A DNA stretch of 63,384 bases, the filler included, from Asterionella formosa (lineage: Eukaryota): assembly GCA_002256025.1 (NCBI GenBank). It is 15 parts of 15 records of this genome, joined end to end, with 100 filler letters (N's around TTAATTAATTAA, not from the genome) between each part and the next. Parts side by side here need not be neighbours in the genome. Positions count along the whole stretch, not along the records: positions 46,586 to 50,714 come from NKIB01013692.1; positions 50,815 to 54,938 come from NKIB01013693.1; positions 55,039 to 59,161 come from NKIB01013694.1; positions 59,262 to 63,384 come from NKIB01013695.1; 11 more parts are not named here. One strand, given 5' to 3'. Both the position numbers and the translations under genes were made by a program. Below, piece after piece: positions 48,161-59,535 of the stretch (the stretch's first letter is position 1; each line of letters opens with the position of its first letter). A model generated the notes under the pieces. The model searched no databases. It saw only the letters and a list, made by a program, of their open reading frames with translations, and was not told where the DNA came from.

Positions 48161-51100
48161 AATGTGTTTTGATGATTCATCACCCCCCCCTAGCAATAAT
48201 CGTCTCCTACTGGCTTCTTTGCCTTCTACTTCTCCTTCTTGTTGTTCACTTGTCCTTCCTTTTCCTTGAATTTAATTCATCTCCTAGACCAGTCATAGAA
48301 AATTTACTATTTGAATCAAAGGCAGTATGTAGAGTAACTTCTTTCTCTAATAGTTGAGGTGAATTACTACTACCGCTACTAGATGAATTTACATGGTGAC
48401 CATCACGAAAATTTTGACCATCATTACGGAAACAAATTTCTCTTCCCATTCAGATGAATTACCATATGTAGGAACCTTAGGAACCGCTGATACTGTCTTT
48501 CCTGTAATGTAAATAAATCTTTGCCTACTTTTGACTTTCATTTGATACTCATGTCGAAATACCATCACCTTCTTGCCTGTGGAAAATGTGACCTCGTTTG
48601 ACTCCAAAGATTGATTTGGAAAAACCTTATTGAGATACCTTATCAATCTATTAGTATTAAATTGTATGTTATCGCCAAAAGAGTACTTTTCGTGAAGATA
48701 TTCCCTCAATTTATTGACCGGCAAGCAAACACCATGAATGGCAGAGTCACTGATGGCGGCCATAACGGATATTGCTATAACTTTTTGAATATCATTTGAA
48801 AACTGATTCCCCAAAAGCATTTCACTCATGACTATACAAACAAATATAAAAGCCTTCGGGGAATCACTTTTGCACAGGAGACGGCAGCAATATTGAGCAA
48901 CATGGTGAGCCAATCAAAGCAAACAAAAGGGCAAATTCCTTCCTACGGTAGGGATAAGGATAACAGTTTGTACCAGCGCTACGTGGGCTACTATAATTAT
49001 TTTTTTGATGCAACCAGCCTTACGGTTGCGGCCCCACAGATACACATTGCGAGGTCCTTTTTTCCCAAAATAATTATATGATGTACCATAATCGACACAT
49101 TACACACAAGTACATAAAATAGTTAAAGGTAGAATTAGCTTTCACCAATACGACCACTTTGCACATGCTTAGATACAGGCATGGGCCAACTTAGGGGTAT
49201 GTTCTATCTTCGGAAATGCTAAGGACCTCATTTCTGGAAAGAAACTGCAGTTATATATTGTAGAATAGTAACTATCGCAAAAATAGTCAAAAAAGGGCTA
49301 CGAAGCTTTTCTAAAAATCTACGATACACAACTGCAGTTTCTCTCTAGAAGTTAACTCTTGACGTTATAGGGTACACGGGTACTGTATCTACTTTAATCT
49401 TGATGAAACCCCGCAGATGTAGAGCAATCCTCCTCCAAAAGTCGATCCAATCGGCTTTTTCAACAGTCGCCAAAATATTGGAATCGGAATTTGTATGTGC
49501 AAAACGTTCTCGTAGACTTGCCTCGTTAATTTCAAGTATTATGCCATAGAGACTTGACCATGGTTTGTGCTTGATCCTCTGTATCCAAATTTCGGATTTC
49601 GGCAACTCATAACATCTGCATGCTGTTTGGTAGAGACTATACTGACATTACAACATTTCAAAAAGCAGGGTCATAGATGTCTGATGGGAGTGTTTCCAGA
49701 GAGGCAGGAGGCAGGAATGTACCGCTTTCTGTAGTACCTGCCTGGCCTGTTGCAGATCCACTGTCAAGTGAGGGAAGAAGGAGGAGGTGCACGCCTTGCA
49801 ACATATTCATCAGACTCCGTGGTGTTCGCTGGGAGGTGCTTGATTATGTGTAAGACTTGAGCTTTGCGATCCAGCCACTAGCCGATGATCCTTTGCTGCC
49901 AGGAGACAGAGGAGGAGCAAGTGTTGTTGTTCCATGTTGTAACCACCATGGAAGGAAGGAAGAGTGGCTGGCTGCTGGAAGTAGCCAGCAACATTGATGA
50001 CTGTTCACTGATGGTGAGAATATGGTAATAGTACAAATTATTTTATATAAATATGATATGTGATAATCACCAAACACTCCAGAAAAGGCCAACCAACATG
50101 CCAGCCCATGAAACAGCAATGATCATCCGCCCTCAACCAAAACTATGATTGGCTATGCAAATGGCACATCACGGTTTAACAGCAAAATCAAGATTTTCAA
50201 ATCTTGATTTGCTCAGTTTAAAATTCGCATCTTTTTCAGGTTCATTTATCAGAAAAAAGATGCTTGGATACTTTTTGACATCATGACACCGGATTGTTTA
50301 TCAGAACGTGCTGTGTTTATCAGAAATATTTTATTTTAGCCGCCCTAAATAAGAGCATCGCCACCGCATCGACCAAATACCAAAGCCAATTGCAGTTGAA
50401 AATATCAATACACGTCACTTGGTTGAGAACTTTTTTATCAATAGTCGAATTTTTCATATTTTTTCCCACCGCATCGACCAAATCCTAGAATAGTCAAATC
50501 TCGCGCCGAAACTTTTAGCGAATAGAAATAGCACTAGAATTTTATTACATGTGTATCGTTATTTTAATAAACCCAATTACTACCAAAAAGAAAATGATGG
50601 GACGCACTGCGTGGTTTGTGGTAGCATACCAGGGTACTCATCCATATGTATCTGCCTGATGAAATGAGCAACGATAGCGACTCATCAGATGACGACCGCT
50701 CCTACACTTCCGTANNNNNNNNNNNNNNNNNNNNNNNNNNNNNNNNNNNNNNNNNNNNTTAATTAATTAANNNNNNNNNNNNNNNNNNNNNNNNNNNNNN
50801 NNNNNNNNNNNNNNTATTCAAGCAAAATGACCGCAGCTTGCATTGCGGCTGGTACCAGGAAGTTAAGAACAAAATGTAGGAATGAATCATGGTATCATCA
50901 TCATGACTTCTCCTTCATGCTTCGTGCTCTAGGCGTCGTGTGATTGCTGTCCGGCCATGTGCAAATCGACCCGTTGGATCAAATATGGATGATAAAACCA
51001 TTCATCGCTGAAGCTTTTCTTATCATTGTCATCGTCAAGAGTTCGCTGTGGGCAGACTAGGAGCTGATTCAGCTTCCTTTCAACTACTTTTAACTATCAT

Positions 51101-51237
51101 CTAATACGTTTTCTACGGTTGATTATTCGTAAGTACCCTCCTACCATATTTCCAACGAGGAGCAAAAGAAGCAGGGGAAACACAACTCATACAAAGTTCA
51201 TTATTTTACAGTTCCAAAACATCGATCAATCATCAAC

Positions 51238-52111
51238 ATGGCCACTATTGAGATCATCAAGGAAGCGATAGTCGCTTTGAAAGACAGGACCGGATCATCC
51301 GTTCCTGCTATAACTAAGTGGCTTGAGACCGAGAAAAAGGTATGTCCTATTCGTTAAGTTACGAGCACTTTTAGTTCGAGCTGACTTTCAAAAACACACT
51401 TTTTTGTGTTTTTCTGGTTTCGGCTGAGCGCTAGAAATGGCGATTTCTTCGTCTGACATCGGAAATTCGACATCCTACTACCCAAATCTTATCACACACA
51501 TCCCAAGGTACACATGCATGGAAGAGAGATCCTTGGAAACCGATTTTGACCGTCGTTAGTCCACATTTTAGCTAAACGGAAAAATCTACGGACGAACCGA
51601 GTAGCGGCTTGTACTGCACATGGGAAGAGATATGAATCTCCACCAATAATCGTTTTGCAACCTATTACCTCTCGAACACCTCACTTACACTCATATCTAC
51701 CACCTTGCCTGATCTCATTCACAGGAAGTCCCAAAAAAGCACATTTTGAAAGCTGCCTTGAAGCGAGGTGTCGAGACTGGTGTTTTGGTACCTGTAAAGG
51801 CATCCTACAAAGTTTCCCCTGAAGTCAAGAAGAAGAAGGTCGTCGCCAAGAAGGTGGTTGTTCCAAAGAAGAAGGCATTAGCTTCTCCTAAGAAGAAGGC
51901 TACAGCTCCCAAGAAGAAGACCACTACGGCTGCCCCAAAGGAAAAAAAGGCCACCGCTCCGAAGAAGAAAACGGTCGCGACGAAAAAGTCTGTTGCTCCT
52001 AAAAAGGAAAAGAAGACTGCTCCTAAAAAGGAAAAGGTTACGGCTCCAAAGAAGGATAAAGCACCTCCCAAAACAAAGGCGGCCCCCAAACCCGTCCCAG
52101 CCAAGGAATAA
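51238..52111 (+). CDS. H1: Linker histone H1, 162 aa. Exons 51238-51339 and 51725-52111
   Basis: MATIEIIKEAIVALKDRTGSSVPAITKWLETEKK^EVPKKHILKAALKRGVETGVLVPVKASYKVS globular domain plus Lys/Ala/Pro tail; 385-bp phase-0 GTATGT...CAG intron. Confidence 0.96.
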
Positions 52112-52939
52112 ATTGGGTCCTGTAGTCGTGACATGTTGAATGACATTCCCGTGTACAACGTCCGTCATGGCCTATCGAGAAGTATTTGTGACAATTGAAA
52201 ACTATTAACTTGTATGATTCTAAGGGGATATTTTACGTTTACCCTGATTCTACATTGTCTAGGTTAGATGGGGATACCTTTCGACTGCAATATGATTATG
52301 GCTTATGATCATGTACCGCATCATTCAAACTCGTTGGGAACTGTTCGTATACGTTAGTAAGGAAAACATACGAGAAAATGTGAGCTTCAGTTTCACCTAC
52401 AAGATAGCATCGAAATTCAAATATAAGAGCTTTTGTCGATACATGCCGATGTAGGCTATCGATATCATGCGAGACATGGTGAAATCATGGACTGTGTGTA
52501 TTGAAATCGATCGTTCCGATCTCATCGTCATACCTACCGCATGTTATTTTGCGTTGCTCTAACAGCTCAACAAGTGCATATGATGGCTGACAGCTCCATG
52601 ATACATGTACCGGTAAGCAGCAACTGTGTCTTGGTAGACCGAGGGACTAAGTTAGTTTCATACCTTTGCATTGACATTTCTGTTCACCACTGCACGACAG
52701 GCATTCTCTACTACCGGTACGGCAGTAATTAGCACTATGTATACTACATACGGTAGACTAATTAAGGGTACCAGTTACCTGATACCGTTATGCTGTTTGA
52801 ACATGCATCCAGATGGCTGATGCTGAGGATACTGGTACACTGCATACGGCGGTATACGGGACTGGTGGTAGGCTACCGTAGCTTTACTGAGTCCGTGGTA
52901 GCTACCGGTACCTGGTAGTGGGAGGAGTAGCAATGGTAC

Positions 52940-53397
52940 NNNNNNNNNNNNNNNNNNNNNNNNNNNNNNNNNNNNNNNNNNNNNNNNNNNNNNNNNNNNN
53001 NNNNNNNNNNNNNNNNNNNNNNNNNNNNNNNNNNNNNNNNNNNNNNNNNNNNNNNNNNNNNNNNNNNNNNNNNNNNNNNNNNNNNNNNNNNNNNNNNNNN
53101 NNNNNNNNNNNNNNNNNNNNNNNNNNNNNNNNNNNNNNNNNNNNNNNNNNNNNNNNNNNNNNNNNNNNNNNNNNNNNNNNNNNNNNNNNNNNNNNNNNNN
53201 NNNNNNNNNNNNNNNNNNNNNNNNNNNNNNNNNNNNNNNNNNNNNNNNNNNNNNNNNNNNNNNNNNNNNNNNNNNNNNNNNNNNNNNNNNNNNNNNNNNN
53301 NNNNNNNNNNNNNNNNNNNNNNNNNNNNNNNNNNNNNNNNNNNNNNNNNNNNNNNNNNNNNNNNNNNNNNNNNNNNNNNNNNNNNNNNNNNNNNNNN
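52940..53397. other. Scaffold gap (Ns without the TTAATTAATTAA marker)
   Basis: Uninterrupted N run inside contig 13. Confidence 0.97.
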
Positions 53398-53819
53398 CAT
53401 AGTTGGAGAAACACCTGCTGCTGGTGTGCGTGCGTGCGTGCTTTTAGTTTTTTGCAGCAGGCAGCTAAAAAAATTTGGATGTCCCGGTACCGGTAGTCCT
53501 ACATACATGGCTAAAATTACGAACACAGCCAAACTACACGAGCATTCAAAGTGGTGGGTGAAGGAACAAGGCAACCCAACCCACGTTCGCCAACGGACGA
53601 AATTAACAGAAACAACCGATTCTGAAATTTGCTTGTCGTCATTGTCAATTTTCTCGTTTCGGGTCGTCTTGATTCTATGATTTTGTCATCATTGTCATTC
53701 TGACTATCTTCTAATCGTTACCTTGGCCACTCATTGAACAATTTGTTGATTGACATTATCAGCAACAGCACCGTTTATCTATAACTATACAGCAAGTATA
53801 ATTATAACTACATACCACA

Positions 53820-54375
53820 ATGAGACCTGATGTACTAAGCAAACGATTATTCCTCGCTGGATGTTTTGGATTACCTTGGCTTTGGTGTGTCCATGTTTTG
53901 TATTGGTATAGCAAAACGAGAGCGAAAGCACGAGGAGATGCTACTGCTGCTGCTGAGCAAGGTGGCATAAATTCAGAAGGGTTGTTGAGTGCTGATTCAG
54001 AAGGTATGTGATTGTATATAGTCCACTCGACTGAAATCTATCGAGATATAATACCTATCAACATTACTTTTGTTCACAAACTAAACAAACATGAATCTTA
54101 TTCTCCTTCCCCATGCATATTATTATATATAAATAAACGGACAAACGCAAATCTATTGTACCTACCGGTGCTAATCAGAATACCTTGATGATCCAGCTGA
54201 TCCAGAAGAAATATCGTTGGAAGAAAAAAAGTGGATTCGACGATCGTTTGTTGGTGCAGTCTTGGCAAGTATGGCTTGGGTGACATGGATTATTGTCTTT
54301 GAAATTATGAAAGACTCGATGAACCCAAACTGGTTTGTTTCAGCACCTGATGAAGCAGAGTTTACTGGGTGGTAG
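53820..54375 (+). CDS. PEN2: Gamma-secretase subunit PEN-2 homologue, 126 aa. Exons 53820-54003 and 54179-54375
   Basis: LSKRLFLAGCFGLPWLWCVHVLYW and KKWIRRSFVGAVLASMAWVTWIIVF match the PEN-2 pattern; the 175-bp phase-1 GTATGT...CAG intron joins them in frame. Confidence 0.9.
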
Positions 54376-55038
54376 CTGTGGACTATAGTACCATCAGTTA
54401 TGCGACACGATGGCTTACGGATAACCGCACATATTCTTTCTATAGTCAAGAACAAACAATGTGTATGTGAGAGCCGTGCATGAATTGTTTTGATATTATT
54501 TGCAATTTGCAGGAACTAGCAATAGTAGTAGTCAATCAATCAAGACAGGTACTGGCAGTCAAGTCGATGTTGCGGGAGAATGGTTGCATTTTAATCAGCT
54601 CCCATGTACCCATGAATCATCGATTTTTGTTTGGTGAACACCATGTAGTGCTACATTTATTTACACCCATCATACTTGTTGGTACACAGCATCAGCAAGT
54701 AGGCTCATGGTATGTACCAGGGAGTTTATTATCAGGTATTACATTAAATATTGAACTGCATAAAACCAATATGGATCATAGAATACATACTTATTTCAAT
54801 GATAACTTGTAATCTAGCCTACACTTCACAAGTCTACTTTTTGCTAGGCTGCTGCCAGTATTGTATGCTTTCCACAAGAGGCACTGCTGCAAAGATGCAT
54901 GTGGTGATCCTTATAGTCATGCAATAACTAAACTGATANNNNNNNNNNNNNNNNNNNNNNNNNNNNNNNNNNNNNNNNNNNNTTAATTAATTAANNNNNN
55001 NNNNNNNNNNNNNNNNNNNNNNNNNNNNNNNNNNNNNN

Positions 55039-55785
55039 TGATTGTTGAATTCTCGCTGGATCCTGGCATCAGGTACTCCTTTGAAAACAACAAGAGGAGC
55101 AAGCTTCTCTCCAGACATGGTAACACCCAACAACACTGTGCAACGCATGCTGCTACCATTGGTGCGTAAACTGATGGTTTTCGCACCTTTATCAGCTAGC
55201 GTGAGCCCGCCTGCCATATCGAAATAAATGTTTGTCTCATCTATATTTACGATACTAGCACGATGATACGACCCTTCAAGAAACTGTGCGTTTATGTACG
55301 GGAGATAATCCTGCATGACACTCAGTACATAGCGCGTGTTTTGTGCCTTGTGGGTGATACGATGATACACAATGTTTTGGGATGTGCACCAATGAGCTAC
55401 ACGCTTTTGAATAACGCTCAAGCTAGAAACATGTCCCAACAAGCGCTTCAGCTCAGCAGCAAGCAACATGATCGAACAAGCGCGATCATCACCACGAAGC
55501 TGATCATACAAGAGACGAATCGCCGCAAATTCAGTTGCACTATTGCTACGCGACTTGCCTAAATGAAAAGTTTGTTTTTTCAGAAGGAGACGCCCCTCAT
55601 CCGACAATAAACCTTCTACATCAAAATAACGATTGTCGAAATCATGAAAGTTAGCTTTCCAGCGCCGAATATTGCTGGCGCCAATGCCATACTTACGTGC
55701 AACAGCCTTGATGATGCCGGGGAGTTCCCATGCTTCATCCACGATGTCGCGCTTTTCTTGCAAGCAAGGTGAAGAACTTTCTCAT
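55039..55785 (-). mobile_element. pogo/Tigger-like transposase (HTH, CENP-B-type HTH, start of DDE_1), frameshifted near the start, runs off the contig
   Basis: VARKYGIGASNIRRW; IVNIDETNIYFDM; CTVLLGVTMSGEKLAPLVVFKG. Confidence 0.93.
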
Positions 55786-55889
55786 TTTTCACTTTTCGGA
55801 AACAGTGATCATATTAATCAATATTAGAAAAATGCGCGCCATCCTGTAGAACTAATAAAATTAACTTAGGACTAGTATAAGGGAAATCT

Positions 55890-55974
55890 CTTCATTGTCC
55901 TGGACCCTCCTTAAGTAAAATCAGTCAAATTCAGTCACGGCAGTGTACATTGGGGGGGGGTCCAGGACAATGAA
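55890..55974. repeat. Inverted repeat upstream of the pogo ORF, probable element terminus
   Basis: cttcattgtcctggaccc ... gggtccaggacaatgaag, 18 bp perfect, followed by TATA. Confidence 0.7.
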
Positions 55975-58812
55975 GTATATGGTAGGCATTCTCTATGCTG
56001 CTGCATTGCTCCTTGGCTGTTGCTGACCAACGGTTTTGAACGGGACACAATAAATAGTACTCTCTCTGTTCCGGTATAGTTGCAGCTAAACTTTAAGGCT
56101 TGGCCAATCATGAAGCGCAAGGTCCAGTCATTCTCTGGATAACAGCCCCACCTGCTCCTATAAGAATTATTTTTCGTAGAATCGTGCTCCGATTGGAATG
56201 TTTGTTCTGGACCCCCCCCCTGCTTCTACAGATGGCTTCTTTTAAGGGTGAGGATCGAGCAGGCTGGTGATTCAAAGAGTTGTTGTAGCTATACCGGAAC
56301 AGAGGGAGTAGATCACTACCAGGTACTTCGGAGTAACAGGGCAAGTTGCACCAAATTAGAAATTTAGCTCTATTTTCCTTCTGGGAAGAACTGTCTTGAA
56401 CCGCAACTGCCTCCAACACCAAAAAGGTCTGGTCACACACATTTTATGCATACCTTTTTAGTTTTGCTCAACGCAATCCCAATGATTTGTTTCATGCCTG
56501 CTGGGTGACATAGGCCAGCTTTCTATTTCAAAAATTCCTTTAAAGTCATTTAGGAAACCTTCACTATAATTGACCCATGACGATTTGCAGATTCAGTCAC
56601 TGAACATGACTTGGATTTGCAGAATATTCTAGGACTTGGCTGACTGATGAACCAGTTGAGCGAAACGACTTTTTGAAATACAAGTAGGAATTTCTTTTTA
56701 TCTTTAGTAGAGCTTGCAGACTATGAATAGCAATTGCTGAATACAAATAGAATTTCTGAATGACCCTTTGTTTGCATATATGAAATACATATTTTCAGAA
56801 TATGTATAGGACACCTTTGGTGGTGGTTGGTTCGATTCCTGCACTCTCAACCTGTCTTTTTCATGTACCGGGAGTCCTTACAAGTCCCTTTGTACCATAT
56901 TAATGAAAAAAGCTGGTATTGATTGTTTCCATTCAAACTGTGGGCAAAAGTGCAGTACATTATTGGATAGCTTTAATGCACTATAAGATTTCATTTCAAA
57001 TTTATATACAACCAGTGCCCACGATAGCCTTGCCAGCAGTATGTACACATGTAGTAAGGTATTTTTTCTTTGAATGGCTTGTTGCTGATTCCCACAACTA
57101 ATACTTGAAGTTGAGATGTGTAGCCAGGGGTTATAGTATACTATTCAACTTTGGTGCCAAAAGATTTAATGGCATCTACAAATGCAAATGCCAACCATAT
57201 GGACCGAAAAGTTGTCCATTACTTGGCTTTCCTAGGAATCCCTGAGTCCAGCAATTCCTGACCTAGCAATGGTACAGTATGTACCACCTCTTTAGCCATA
57301 ATACATTAGATTGTATAAGGCCTATGTAACATTAACCTTATAGGCTCTTTTACACAGACTATAATTGTACTTACTCTTACCATAGATACTTACACAATCA
57401 TACAAATGGTGTATGTATAGCTACATCAACCCTAAGTGGAAGATGTTCCCTTTTACATTATGCATATGACTAACATAGTACCCATGTCTGCAAATAAAAA
57501 ACATCATATTTATAAGATTATGGGCATCTTACAATATGATGTGGCACAGAATATTTTCCACATGGCACCTTTTTTGTTATATTTATGATAAATTTCTAGT
57601 AGTATAAATATGTGATCATTTCAAGTATCATACTTACAACAAACAACACACCATATAATTATCAAAACATTATGCTATGATGTACATTCTTTCATCAAAT
57701 ATCTATCTTAAAAGAATCGAATGCTAATCAAAGTGAATGTTCAAAATATGGTGAAATAGATTGTAATTTTATTATGATTAGCAATCATTTCTATCTTTCA
57801 ACCTGCTACTAACTACCATTTCGGCCACCATCCTTACACTATGCCAACACCAATTCTTGTTCTTTGATTTCTGCAGCATGATGGATAAACCTTTGGGTGA
57901 CTGAGCTTTTCCGTCGCTTCTCAAGCTTCTCACGCCAATTGCAGAAACACCAACTGTCCTCACTGTCACTCAACTTCAAACAGAATTGTTCGCCAATCAC
58001 TCATCTACCTTGTTCTGCTTTCCCCTCATATCACTTTTTGCTCGCTTATTCCCTTATGTCTTCGAAAAAACATTTGATTGCCCGTTTGATCTTTTCCATC
58101 CATTTACAATTCATTTTGATATCCTAATCATAGTGACAGTGAGAAGCAGCAAGTGGTTAGTTATGTTTTGCTTGTTCACACCACAACAGACGCATCGATG
58201 GCACAAATCAAATAATAATAAGCTCATATTATTGACAACATTTATCATTTAATTAAAATTCTTTATCAAACGTGTAGGATATACAAAGCAAACTTTATGA
58301 ATTACAAATCATACCCCCTGGTTAGAATTGATTGCCAAAGAAATAAGATAACAGATAAAAATATTTTGCATTTTTGATCTTACCTTTAACATCAATATAT
58401 TCTACTACTTAAAATTAATTTTGATCATTCATTTTTTCATATTAATGACATCATTATCAGATGATAAATATTCATTAATCGAACAAATAAGATACAAGCA
58501 TAAGACGACTTTACAAACAATACTTTCTGGTCCTCGTAAATTATGCATGATTGCCAGTAAATATATGGTCTTATGGTGGGCTGTTTTTATGTGGCCGTGA
58601 TATTGCATACCCTCCATCATCTAAGCCGCGTATTACGTGAAGTGACCATCACGTAAATAAGCCTAGTTGATTTTGAATGCATCACATGAATTAGTTGAAT
58701 ACATCAAAATACGTAGTTGAACATGTCTATATATTATCTGAATACATCACGTTAAATATTTGATCAAAGTATCATGCATGCATTCCTGATCATCACTATA
58801 TTATGTGATCAC

Positions 58813-58950
58813 CTTCACATAATTATTTGAAATACTTCACATAATTATTTGAAATACTTCACATAATTATTTGAAATACTTCACATAATTATTTGAAATA
58901 CTTCACATAATTATTTGAAATACTTCACATAATTATTTGAAATCCTTCAC
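58813..58950 (+). repeat. 22-bp minisatellite (cttcacataattatttgaaata), about six copies, within degenerate related flanks (~58630-59050)
   Basis: Near-perfect consecutive units with no intervening sequence. Confidence 0.95.
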
Positions 58951-59535
58951 GTAATTCTGTAATTTCGTTCACATAATTCTAGAATAAAGTTCACTTAATG
59001 TGTTAAATTTGTTTACGTAATTTTCTGGAGCTCATTCAACTAAATTGAAGAGTTTCATTAATGAAATAAAGCCTGCTCATTCGGAACGGCATGCGAATGC
59101 TCCTTCACTGAAAGGGTTTGCTGCAATGTCAATTGAATGTAGAGGAAGATCAGTGTGAGTTNNNNNNNNNNNNNNNNNNNNNNNNNNNNNNNNNNNNNNN
59201 NNNNNTTAATTAATTAANNNNNNNNNNNNNNNNNNNNNNNNNNNNNNNNNNNNNNNNNNNNGAAAGTTTAAGTTTGACAACTTCCTCGTTGCTATCAATT
59301 TCATCAACTGTATTCGATTAACACAGTACTAGGTTCAAGGCCTACGATACGGTCGAATACGGTAGTTGTTACAACATTGTTTCGAGATAAAAATAAAAAT
59401 AAATTAAAACAAAAGGAACAGCCATTCACATGGAAGGCTGGAGTTTCGACATTTCAACCGAGGTTTTGAACACTTTATAGATTCGAGTAGTGCAGCTGAA
59501 GGCCGCAGCCACCAATCAAGGAACCAACGAACCCC

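Noticed and set aside
51805..52168. Hydrophobic minus-strand ORFs resembling membrane proteins
   Set aside because: Antisense shadows of the Lys/Ala/Pro-rich H1 tail
52873..53574. Long ORFs spanning the N gap
   Set aside because: Composed mostly of X; artefacts of the gap
56815..56850. ggttcgattcct resembling a tRNA T-loop
   Set aside because: No acceptor, D or anticodon stems could be built around it
58813..58950. CRISPR-like array
   Set aside because: The 22-bp units are contiguous with no unique spacers, there are no cas genes and the context is eukaryotic
4190..59217. TTAATTAATTAA recurring every ~4.2 kb as a biological periodic element
   Set aside because: Always centred in exactly 44+44 Ns between length-sorted contigs; it is a concatenation linker
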